Assembly (NCBI RefSeq): GCF_029936995.1
Contig: NZ_JAPYRE010000006.1
Span: forward strand, 1 to 40,000
Direction: 5' to 3'
From: Henriciella sp.
GTDB taxonomy: Bacteria > Pseudomonadota > Alphaproteobacteria > Caulobacterales > Hyphomonadaceae
Length of the DNA: 40,000 nucleotides
Part shown: positions 7,878 to 15,152 of the stretch, piece by piece
Numbering within the stretch: position 1 is the stretch's first letter
How the letters are laid out: each line of letters opens with the position of its first letter
Notes under the pieces: model-generated
What the model saw: the letters and a program-made list of their open reading frames with translations, nothing else
What the model was told of the DNA's origin: nothing
The model's database searches: none
Position numbers and translations under genes: made by a program

Positions 7878-8251
7878 TGGTCTGCCTCCTCGTCTTTGGA
7901 GGCGGCTTCGGCCTCTTCGATGAGGGACTGGCCGAATGACTTCAGCGGATGCGAAATCTGAAACAGCCAATCCGCCAGGGCATCGAGGTAACGCCCGATA
8001 GTCTCCCGGTCGGGGTCTTGGGTATTAGGCTTGAACGACATGTCTTTCTCCTTGTCGGTAGAATTGCGATGGCAATTGCTGCAAAGCGCTCCGCCCGTGC
8101 CGATCGCGAACTTTCTGGGTATGAGGTGGGCGAATTCGAGGGCTGCCGGGTGGGCGTTGAAAGCGCACCAGAGGCAGATTGGATGGCGTGATTTGAGGCG
8201 CCGGAAATCGGCCTCGCGCCTTAGGTCTTTTCGGGTAATGTCAGACAGCAT
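7874..8251 (-). CDS. HNH endonuclease-like protein
   Basis: 125 aa with CLWCAFNAHPAALEFAHLIP....GGALCSNCHRNSTDKE, i.e. a CxxC ... H ... CxxCH arrangement typical of the HNH/zinc-ribbon nuclease core. Confidence 0.65.
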   Translation of the reverse strand: MLSDITRKDLRREADFRRLKSRHPICLWCAFNAHPAALEFAHLIPRKFAIGTGGALCSNCHRNSTDKEKDMSFKPNTQDPDRETIGRYLDALADWLFQISHPLKSFGQSLIEEAEAASKDEEADQ

Positions 8252-8268
8252 GATGCAGTCCTCCTTCT

Positions 8269-8847
8269 TCAGGGGTTGGTGATCTTGTAGATTTCGTGGA
8301 ATTCCGGCTCGCTCTTCAGGGCGTAGCGGATGATCGAATTGGGATTGGTTTCGAACGGGTAGAACCGGCCTTTGATGTCGGTCACGCCCTGTCCGCGATA
8401 AGGCTCAAGAAAGCGAGGGTCTTTGCTCCGCAGGAATTTCCGGATGTCGTTATGGTAGTGCCCGGCAAGGCTCGCGGGCGCGAAGCCTGGTACAGTGACG
8501 GCCTTGGTCTTGGCATCCTGGATGACCGGAATACGCCGGGGGCGTGTATCTCCGATGACCCAACGGCGGCCCTGCTTCTGGCCAAGACCGGTTTGAGCGA
8601 GATACCAGGACAACCGTTCCGGTGAGATGCCCGCGTCCCTGGCGGCAGCGGTCATGGACATGCCGCCATTCATGATTTTCAGGGCTTCATTGATCTTCGC
8701 GTCCGCGCGGGGCGGTGCGGCTTTCCCGGTGGCACGGACCTCGGATGGCTTGGGATGTCCGCGTGCCTGGGAGAGGCTTAAACCCCGAGCGAGACCGCGT
8801 TCCTTGCGGCGTCTATATTCGGCTGCGTAGTTGCGTTTGCGGGCCAT
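8269..8847 (-). CDS. putative DNA-binding (HTH) protein, first gene of the HNH-PolB operon
   Basis: 192 aa with a basic N-terminus, MARKRNYAAEYRRRKERGLARGLSLSQARGH. The HTH-like segment is GGMSMTAAARDAGISPERLSWYLAQTG. Confidence 0.5.
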   Translation of the reverse strand: MARKRNYAAEYRRRKERGLARGLSLSQARGHPKPSEVRATGKAAPPRADAKINEALKIMNGGMSMTAAARDAGISPERLSWYLAQTGLGQKQGRRWVIGDTRPRRIPVIQDAKTKAVTVPGFAPASLAGHYHNDIRKFLRSKDPRFLEPYRGQGVTDIKGRFYPFETNPNSIIRYALKSEPEFHEIYKITNP

Positions 8848-8849
8848 GC

Positions 8850-8876
8850 TCGATCCGATTGCTGCGTTCGGATCGA
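8850..8876. promoter_or_regulatory. 9-bp inverted repeat immediately upstream of the HTH-HNH-PolB operon
   Basis: TCGATCCGA (8850..8858) and TCGGATCGA (8868..8876) are perfect reverse complements, starting 3 bp upstream of the start codon at 8847. Confidence 0.35.
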
Positions 8877-8936
8877 ATTTCGGAGAGCACGCCGTTCAGT
8901 AATAGATTTCAGAAACGTCCAACATAAAATCGGACA

Positions 8937-9632
8937 TTATTGAACGTTTTTGGACGGCCAGAGCCCTGCTTTTATGAGGTTATTTCTCGTGATGAAAAAT
9001 GAGGTTCGGCCGAACTTTTGATGTACGCCCTGCTTGCTGTATAGCTTCCGAGCCATTCGGACTGCTTCACTGCGTTGTTGGCTCGCACTCCACTGATGAA
9101 AATCGTTGTATACGTTCAAGCACTCTAGAAGAACCTTCCGCCGGTACATCTCATAAGAATGAGCGCCGCCCGGCTTCGCGTGTTTGTGCGGACTCTTTTG
9201 CTTGCGGTCAGTATTGCTGCTAAATGTTGCTGCGGTCTCTCGACCATGTGTACTGAGATCGATCAGTTTGATGCGGTCGTATCTAAGACTTTCATCGCCT
9301 GCGCTATTCTGGTCGATGTCTAGTTCGGCAGTTGGCCAGAAGCCCGCGGGTATTCGATCGAGCCGATTACCAGCTCCACCGAAGACGCAGCGTCCAATAG
9401 CCTCGACCTGTCCTCGGGATAAATCCGTCACGATCTCATCGCGGGCACGACGCCAGACATCCTTATGCTGTAGGCCGCGCAGCATGTAGTCCGCTGTCGC
9501 CTCTGACACAGGATGATTGGAGGCGTTCCACTTCTCCAGCAATTCCGGATTGTCAGGGAGAGACCGTTTTCGACTTTCAAAAAAGTCTCTCAGCCAGACG
9601 CCATCGGCCCATATATTCTCGATATTTTCCAA
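8937..9632 (-). CDS. hypothetical protein, divergent from cas1
   Basis: 231-aa ORF with low-GC codon usage and no motif I recognise. A 40-bp gap separates it from the divergently transcribed Cas1 gene. Confidence 0.5.
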   Translation of the reverse strand: MENIENIWADGVWLRDFFESRKRSLPDNPELLEKWNASNHPVSEATADYMLRGLQHKDVWRRARDEIVTDLSRGQVEAIGRCVFGGAGNRLDRIPAGFWPTAELDIDQNSAGDESLRYDRIKLIDLSTHGRETAATFSSNTDRKQKSPHKHAKPGGAHSYEMYRRKVLLECLNVYNDFHQWSASQQRSEAVRMARKLYSKQGVHQKFGRTSFFITRNNLIKAGLWPSKNVQ

Positions 9633-9672
9633 TGATCTATGCTATGGTTTGGCCAGAAAAGTGGGGTGAGTT

Positions 9673-10755
9673 TTGGCTTTCGAAGCTGGTCAAGAAAACG
9701 AGACAATCGAAGCTGACGAATGGTCTATTCGTAGCAAATATTGGTTAGCCAAAAACGAAGCTGGTCTGTCAAAACGAAAACGCCGCGAGCGCCGCAAAGA
9801 CCCGCTCATTCTGGTCGGTTACGGCCTTTCGATGAAGGTCGACAATGGCCGTCTGATCATCCAGGACGGCGCCACGCATTTTCCGAGTAAACCCGCTCAA
9901 CACGTCTTCTTCAAAGGTAGTCTCGACTTACCGCCGCGGATCATTGTTTTGGATGGTGCGGGCTCAATCACACTCGACGCCTTGGATTGGCTGACAGAAC
10001 AGAACGTCCCGCTCATTCGTATCAGATACAATGGCGAGTTCTTCTCGCTGGTCACATCTGGCGGTCAGGCCGCTGACCCGGATAAGTTTGCCTGGCAGAT
10101 TAGAGCCCGCGAAGACGACGCTGAGAAACTGACCTTCTATCTACCACTCATGCGCGACAAGCTAGCTAACGCGCTCGCAACACTCGACGGTTATCTGCCT
10201 GCTTCTGAGGCTCGCGATAAAGCTGAAGAGAAAATCGGCAGCTATCTGCACCGGCTGCAGAATGATCCGCCGGATAAGCTAAAGTCTCTGCTCGGTATCG
10301 AAGCACAATCCGCCAGTCTCTATTTCGCCGCATGGCGGGCGCTGGAAATCAATTGGCGGGAAAGCAAGCGTCATCCTATTCCGGTGGAGTGGCGCAGCTT
10401 CTATTCGCGGGGCTCGCTCGCCGTTCTGAACAAAGGCGGGGCCAACATCTTCGCGACACATCCCGTCAATGCGATGCTGAATTACGTCTACGCAGTCCTC
10501 CTCGGAAGAATGCAGCTTCAAGCGATCACGGAAGGCTATGATCCGATGCTTGGTGTGGTCCACACGCGACGACGCTCAAGCTATGGCCCGCCTCGGCCCG
10601 GCTACGCGATCGACATCATGGAGCCGCACCGTCCGGTAGTCGATCGGATCGTTCTGAAATTGATCAATGAGGAGACGTTTTCCGGGGCGGATTTTGATTT
10701 GCAGAGTGATGGGGTGGTGCGGGTTAATCCGGAATTTGCTCGAAGCCTGGCTTAA
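9673..10755 (+). CDS. cas1: Cas1-family integrase homologue (stand-alone; casposase-like)
   Basis: 360 aa with a TTG start. The N-terminal beta domain reads PLILVGYGLSMKVDNGRLIIQDG ... PRIIVLDGAGSITLDALDWLTEQNVPLIRIRYNG. The helical domain has the Cas1 catalytic pattern: GIEAQSASLYF (Glu210), HPVNAMLNYVYAVLLG, PMLGVVHT (His297) and YAIDIMEPHRPVVD (Asp314/Glu317). Confidence 0.85.
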   Translation: MAFEAGQENETIEADEWSIRSKYWLAKNEAGLSKRKRRERRKDPLILVGYGLSMKVDNGRLIIQDGATHFPSKPAQHVFFKGSLDLPPRIIVLDGAGSITLDALDWLTEQNVPLIRIRYNGEFFSLVTSGGQAADPDKFAWQIRAREDDAEKLTFYLPLMRDKLANALATLDGYLPASEARDKAEEKIGSYLHRLQNDPPDKLKSLLGIEAQSASLYFAAWRALEINWRESKRHPIPVEWRSFYSRGSLAVLNKGGANIFATHPVNAMLNYVYAVLLGRMQLQAITEGYDPMLGVVHTRRRSSYGPPRPGYAIDIMEPHRPVVDRIVLKLINEETFSGADFDLQSDGVVRVNPEFARSLA

Positions 10756-10798
10756 CAGATTGATACCTGCGAGTAGTCGGAAATCACTGAAGAAACAG

Positions 10799-13700
10799 CT
10801 AAGAAATTCCCGGCTTGTTTTCCTGAGAAATTCTTTCTTCAGCTTCCCGATCAGCCCAGCCTTGGTCACTGGTGGCTATCGAGCGCAACAACGATTGCGT
10901 ACGCGGAAAGTCGTCTAGCTCATCCGCCCACCGCCGAAATTTTTTGGCTGACTCAGCGTAGTAGTCTTCCATAGGTCCCGAAATAACTCCGCGAGAATTG
11001 AACTGTCCTGTGCGCAAGGCAGAGATCAGCCGCTCATTTGGATACTTCTCAATCACTTTACGTACGGCGGTATGTGGCCAGATGTTATCCGTGGGATCGA
11101 CTGGCGATTTAGAAAGCAACTGCCCGATGGCTATTGAGGCTCCTTTTTCGAACCGCTTATCCCGCGCAATCTCAAAGAGCTTCTCAACCCACAACATCAA
11201 CGCGTCATCATCGATACGCCCTTCACTCGAACCAGGCATTACGTTCATGTTTTCAATGATGTGGAAAGCCGGTCGCCACATTCCTTCGTCGGGCTGATCG
11301 TCGCCCAACGAAGAGGCCTGCCTGGGCTCGTCTTTCGGGGCATCATCCTGCTTGTACAGAATTGGAATTAGCTCGAAGAACTCTGCAGGCTCTTTCGCAA
11401 GGAATCTGTACAGCGCAGGAGTTCTTTCCGGACCATTGAATCTAAGCGTCTCAGCTAGCGGAAATTCGAGCTTTGCAAGCTCGCTCAAACTCAAAGCACC
11501 GCGGTCTTCAGCGATGCCTAGGAGTTCCCAGTAGTGATATAAGTCAAGCTGTCCTCTTGGCCGTCCCTCACTATGAGCGTTCGACACACTTTTTAGGTAC
11601 TCGTTCGCAGTTAGCCGAACAGTTTCGATTGGCACGGAAGGATCGTTCGCCACCACATGAGCTAAGTCGTGGATGCGGCCCACGCTTTTGAACCCGTCGA
11701 CAACGGCCTGCGAAAGGTTATCGCCCACGAATGAGTATGCATTGGCTGATCTCCAAAATCCTGAAGATACTTGCGGTGGTAATCCCCCAGTTGTCGCGGC
11801 ATCCAGAATTGGGGTCGCGTTATAGAGCCCTTCCCCAACTAACTCGCTGAGGTGTTTAGAGAACGCGTCAGTCTTGGAATTGATAATAGCAACCCATTCG
11901 GCTGGATTTTTTATGGCAGCTCCTCGGGACATTCCTCGGATGAGTTCTTGGCCGTGCTCACTATCCGGGGACACCGTCAAGATGTGATCCATAATTGCTG
12001 AGGAGTTGGGCGTGGCTTGGGCTAAAGCTACCCCAGCGGCAAAAGGCGATGCCACTTTTTGCAAGAAGTCTGAAAGCTCATCTGCGTACTTATTGAGTAT
12101 GCCTTCAAGAGCCAACCTTCGCAGTTCAGCCAAATCGCTTTGCGGATCATCGGTTCGCTCGCGAAATGTCTCGACCCAGCTCGATTTAAACAGCCAAAGA
12201 TAACGGTTGGAGTTATCTGGTTGAAGTCTTTCAAACTCCATCTCCAACTGACTTAATCGTTCATCCTCAATCGCCCAATCAGCATCGGAAAACTGACGAT
12301 GGCGTCCGGTGAATGTTCTCAATGCTTCGACCAATTCGTCCGCGCCGGTGTCATCGCCATTGATGCTGGATATGTGCGCAACAAAGCGCTCGAATAAGTC
12401 GTTCACCATGGAAGGCACGCATTCTACCAACTTTGCCAGATCAGCGGCATTTGTCGAAGCAACACTGATTGCTTGATCAACCGCTTCATCACGAACTTCG
12501 TAAAAATCACCCCAAGTTAAGCGTTGCTCCTGGACCCTTGAGAAAATTGGTTTGCTGGTGCTCATCACAATGCGCCCGCCCCTATTGTCCAATAGAGGAA
12601 CTAGCAATTCCAAAACGTGCGGACCGAACTCGTTTGCTAGACCGCGAATGATCTTCGCTCGTTGCTTTGTTCCTGCAGCTGTTTGAGGCACACCAAAGGA
12701 CAGAATTCCCTGGAGCGACGATAAAGGCTGATTTCCTTGCCTTTCATCGATTGGGGACACTGCCAAATGAAGCTTCATCAAGAGCCGACAAACAAGCTCT
12801 ACATGCTCGGACAACCAGGCGAGGCGTTCGAGGGCCCACAAAAGAGACGCCCCCAAATGAAAATCCATGAAACTAAACTTGGACTCTTGCGCCTTAAAGA
12901 CTGCGGCCATTCCTTCGGCGTTCCCCTCGATGGCCGCTTCGAGGGACTCCAGAAAAGGCTGAGGAGCGCCTTCGGCGAGTAGGGGCAACCATTCTTCGAT
13001 GGCAGCACCAAATTTGGGATTATCCAGAAGCTGAGGGACGCTCGATTGATAGACGCTGCGACACCAATCAGCACATTTCTGTCCGTGAGGACGAAGACTC
13101 AAGTCGGGGTCTTCGCCAAATACCCCGATCAAAACAAAGGTAAGTATCACCCCTCCGACAAAGTCACTGCTGAAGCCGGAATATTCTGAAGGGTCGAAAA
13201 CTTGATCTCTATCTACACCCTGCTGAACTTTATCGTTCAACACTACACGGAGTAGATTCTCGAAAGCATCGTAGTCGTCGTCAGTGTAATAGCGTGCAAG
13301 CCTAAAAAATGCGTCGACTGGTCCATTTAGCGTTACGATGCTAGTCGTCGCAACAAACATGGGGTCTGCCGAACCAGCTCGGGCCAGTGGATTTCGCCCG
13401 TACTTGCGAACGACCGACTCGATCTGTGAATACGTTTCAACACCTGCGTGTTGCTTTAGTGCTTCAACATCCTTGTAGATGAAGTTTCTCTTAGCTCCGT
13501 GCTCGCCTCGCTCTTCACGTCGGACAGCTCGACTTACGTTCCAAGCAGCAATCATTCCAAGGCGTTTGAGAAGTGGGGCGTCCGTTAAATCTGGATCAGC
13601 CCATGGGCATTTCTCCCCTTCGACAGTACCTCTAAGCCGTTCTAGTGCAGACAAATTTCGCCCGGCCGCTTTTTCAATGGTTTCGGCGTTCTGCGAACCA

Positions 13701-14689
13701 ACCGGTTTAATATGTTTTGCGAATGTCGACACATCAGGTCGTTGGAGCAAATAGCAACTCGCTAGACCGGGGTCGGACGAAATAGCTTTAGCAACCAAAA
13801 CGGAGTGCCGCTCCAACCGATTTGGATAAGCCGCCGCTTCTCCTTCGAGGATTACGATATGTCGAGTTCCAACCTTTTTGAGCAGATTCAATCCGGCTTC
13901 GTTTTGGACGCAGACGACCGGAATATGCTCTAGTTCTGGAGAGCTCAAACATAGTTGGCAAGCTGCCACGGCTGCCTCTCTGTCTGAATTCCCAAGCAAG
14001 TAGCTAATGGGTTCTTCTCTCAGGAGTGCATCGCGTAGTTCGAGCAGTGACGATTGCCCGTCGAGAAGGATTTCTGGCGAGACTTCGTCTCGAAAACGAC
14101 GCTTCCAAAGACTTATTCGTTCTTCGGCAGAACAGACTCCGTATGCAGAAGCATTGGGGATTAATCCGATTTCTTCAAGCAGCCATAGGCAAGTATCGAC
14201 ATCCCGGTTTACCCAGTCAATTAATCGAGACTGATCAAAAAGCACCACCTTCTTGAACTTCGTGTCCTTGGTGGCCTTTTCCTGCCAAAGCACCTTTTTC
14301 TCTTCGCCCTTTTTGCCGACCTCAATCTCGCCTGACCAGGTAGCCCGCCCAACCATGACGAATGCAAAATCGCTAGGCTTAGCCAACGCGTTTTCGACTC
14401 TTTCGAGTTCCTCGTTTGCTTTCTTGATGAGACCGGACCGCGAAGATGTAGCACCATATTCGATGCAAACGTTGCCCTCTGGTATTCCTTCACATTTTTC
14501 CTCAAGTACAACTACACCATCAAATCCCGTGACCCGATAGTTTTCACCGTCGACAGTGTAGGTGTTCGCGAGTTTTACTCCTCCCGTTGATACGTTGAGT
14601 AAGCGCTTGAACAACTCGGGAAGGATTTTTTCCCAGTCTGCATTCTTTTCGGTAGATTCGAAATGCGTCTTTTCAATTAGTCGAGCCAC
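10799..14689 (-). CDS. very large hypothetical protein (~1300 aa), mostly alpha-helical
   Basis: The track ORF is 10799..14728 (GTG). An in-frame GTG at 14689 is preceded by AAGGAG (14695..14700) with 5-nt spacing, so it is the more likely start. No Walker, helicase, methylase or clear nuclease motif is seen by eye. Confidence 0.7.
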   Translation of the reverse strand: MARLIEKTHFESTEKNADWEKILPELFKRLLNVSTGGVKLANTYTVDGENYRVTGFDGVVVLEEKCEGIPEGNVCIEYGATSSRSGLIKKANEELERVENALAKPSDFAFVMVGRATWSGEIEVGKKGEEKKVLWQEKATKDTKFKKVVLFDQSRLIDWVNRDVDTCLWLLEEIGLIPNASAYGVCSAEERISLWKRRFRDEVSPEILLDGQSSLLELRDALLREEPISYLLGNSDREAAVAACQLCLSSPELEHIPVVCVQNEAGLNLLKKVGTRHIVILEGEAAAYPNRLERHSVLVAKAISSDPGLASCYLLQRPDVSTFAKHIKPVGSQNAETIEKAAGRNLSALERLRGTVEGEKCPWADPDLTDAPLLKRLGMIAAWNVSRAVRREERGEHGAKRNFIYKDVEALKQHAGVETYSQIESVVRKYGRNPLARAGSADPMFVATTSIVTLNGPVDAFFRLARYYTDDDYDAFENLLRVVLNDKVQQGVDRDQVFDPSEYSGFSSDFVGGVILTFVLIGVFGEDPDLSLRPHGQKCADWCRSVYQSSVPQLLDNPKFGAAIEEWLPLLAEGAPQPFLESLEAAIEGNAEGMAAVFKAQESKFSFMDFHLGASLLWALERLAWLSEHVELVCRLLMKLHLAVSPIDERQGNQPLSSLQGILSFGVPQTAAGTKQRAKIIRGLANEFGPHVLELLVPLLDNRGGRIVMSTSKPIFSRVQEQRLTWGDFYEVRDEAVDQAISVASTNAADLAKLVECVPSMVNDLFERFVAHISSINGDDTGADELVEALRTFTGRHRQFSDADWAIEDERLSQLEMEFERLQPDNSNRYLWLFKSSWVETFRERTDDPQSDLAELRRLALEGILNKYADELSDFLQKVASPFAAGVALAQATPNSSAIMDHILTVSPDSEHGQELIRGMSRGAAIKNPAEWVAIINSKTDAFSKHLSELVGEGLYNATPILDAATTGGLPPQVSSGFWRSANAYSFVGDNLSQAVVDGFKSVGRIHDLAHVVANDPSVPIETVRLTANEYLKSVSNAHSEGRPRGQLDLYHYWELLGIAEDRGALSLSELAKLEFPLAETLRFNGPERTPALYRFLAKEPAEFFELIPILYKQDDAPKDEPRQASSLGDDQPDEGMWRPAFHIIENMNVMPGSSEGRIDDDALMLWVEKLFEIARDKRFEKGASIAIGQLLSKSPVDPTDNIWPHTAVRKVIEKYPNERLISALRTGQFNSRGVISGPMEDYYAESAKKFRRWADELDDFPRTQSLLRSIATSDQGWADREAEERISQENKPGIS

Positions 14690-14865
14690 GTCCGCTCCTT
14701 GTTCAGGCCCAAGTTGATTCGGTATCACTTATGTTGAGTAGAGCAACATTATTTGGTGAGCTCAGCAAATTAGCCCGCCTCATTGGCTCATTGAACGGTG
14801 AAACCACTAGATGTCACATCGATCATGATCGAGGAGCTTTCAGTATCGCTCGCCTGATGAGCGCA

Positions 14866-14896
14866 ATATTTTCTACCGGACATCACTATACCCCCC
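14866..14896 (-). repeat. right terminal inverted repeat
   Basis: ATATTTTCTACCGGACATCACTATACCCCCC. Its reverse complement matches 1374..1404 at 27/31 positions. Confidence 0.8.
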
Positions 14897-14914
14897 GGCG
14901 AAGGCCGGGGTCTC
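14893..14914 (+). repeat. right target-site duplication = 3' portion of REP copy B
   Basis: CCCCGGCGAAGGCCGGGG is 18/18 identical to 1360..1377 and is followed by the TCTC flank seen in REP copies A and C. The CCGCTCA 5' arm is absent because the element end abuts directly. Confidence 0.8.
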
Positions 14915-14945
14915 CATGAGACTTGGTCCGGAGCTTTTACTGCCC

Positions 14946-14974
14946 GAGATCCCGGCCTTCGCCGGGATGAGCGG
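14946..14974 (-). repeat. REP-like palindromic element, copy C
   Basis: The reverse complement is 29/29 identical to copy A (922..950). It lies 31 bp beyond the TCTC flank of the restored copy B (14914), about 35 bp beyond its hairpin, mirroring the 33-bp spacing of the A/A' doublet. Confidence 0.85.
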
Positions 14975-15152
14975 GGGTGGGGATTTCAGGGCGGGTGTGT
15001 CCGATCTGTTTCAGCCCCTCAAGGCCCAAGCGGCTTCGCCGTGCCTGCGGCAGCCTTGACCGCCTGAAACAGATCGAAACAGGCTGGCTGTGGCCGAATG
15101 GCTCGGTGGGCCATTCGGCGTGAAGGTGAGTTTACTGAATTAGCTTCACTAG

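Larger units (their letters stand above)
1378..14892. mobile_element. casposon-type self-synthesizing transposon (Cas1-solo + family-B DNA polymerase + HNH + HTH, plus cargo)
   Basis: A lower-GC block (by eye) carrying Cas1, a split PolB, HNH and HTH genes. It is bounded by 31-bp TIRs (27/31 match) and an 18/18 direct repeat CCCCGGCGAAGGCCGGGG at 1360..1377 and 14893..14910. No other integrase or transposase is visible. The exact ends are ambiguous by a few bp because the target is palindromic. Confidence 0.8.

Noticed and set aside
5165-7970. A pipolin (piPolB element) or a linear plasmid/prophage as the explanation for the PolB gene
   Set aside because: Pipolins characteristically carry tyrosine recombinases and integrate at tRNA genes, and neither is present. 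No capsid, terminase or other phage genes were seen. The presence of Cas1 plus TIR/TSD fits a casposon better.
14400-14728. PD-(D/E)xK nuclease motif in the N-terminus of the ~1300-aa protein (GFDGVVVLEEKCE / CIEYG)
   Set aside because: The spacing and context do not fit the canonical motif, and it is readable only with wishful alignment. This is not supportable without profile or structure analysis.
922-14974. The 29-bp perfect inverted repeat (922..950 versus 14946..14974) as the TIRs of a larger ~14 kb element that would include the small GIY-YIG gene
   Set aside because: The same unit recurs at 984..1008 and 1353..1379, so it is a dispersed REP family rather than element termini. The GC drop and the 31-bp TIR plus 18-bp duplication define tighter boundaries at 1378/14892. 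A composite mobilisation cannot be fully excluded without comparative data.
15019-15130. Possible tRNA or small RNA in the structured region right of the element
   Set aside because: I could not fold a cloverleaf by eye, and there are no conserved T-loop (GTTCGAATC-like) or D-loop elements. The inverted repeats look like simple hairpins.
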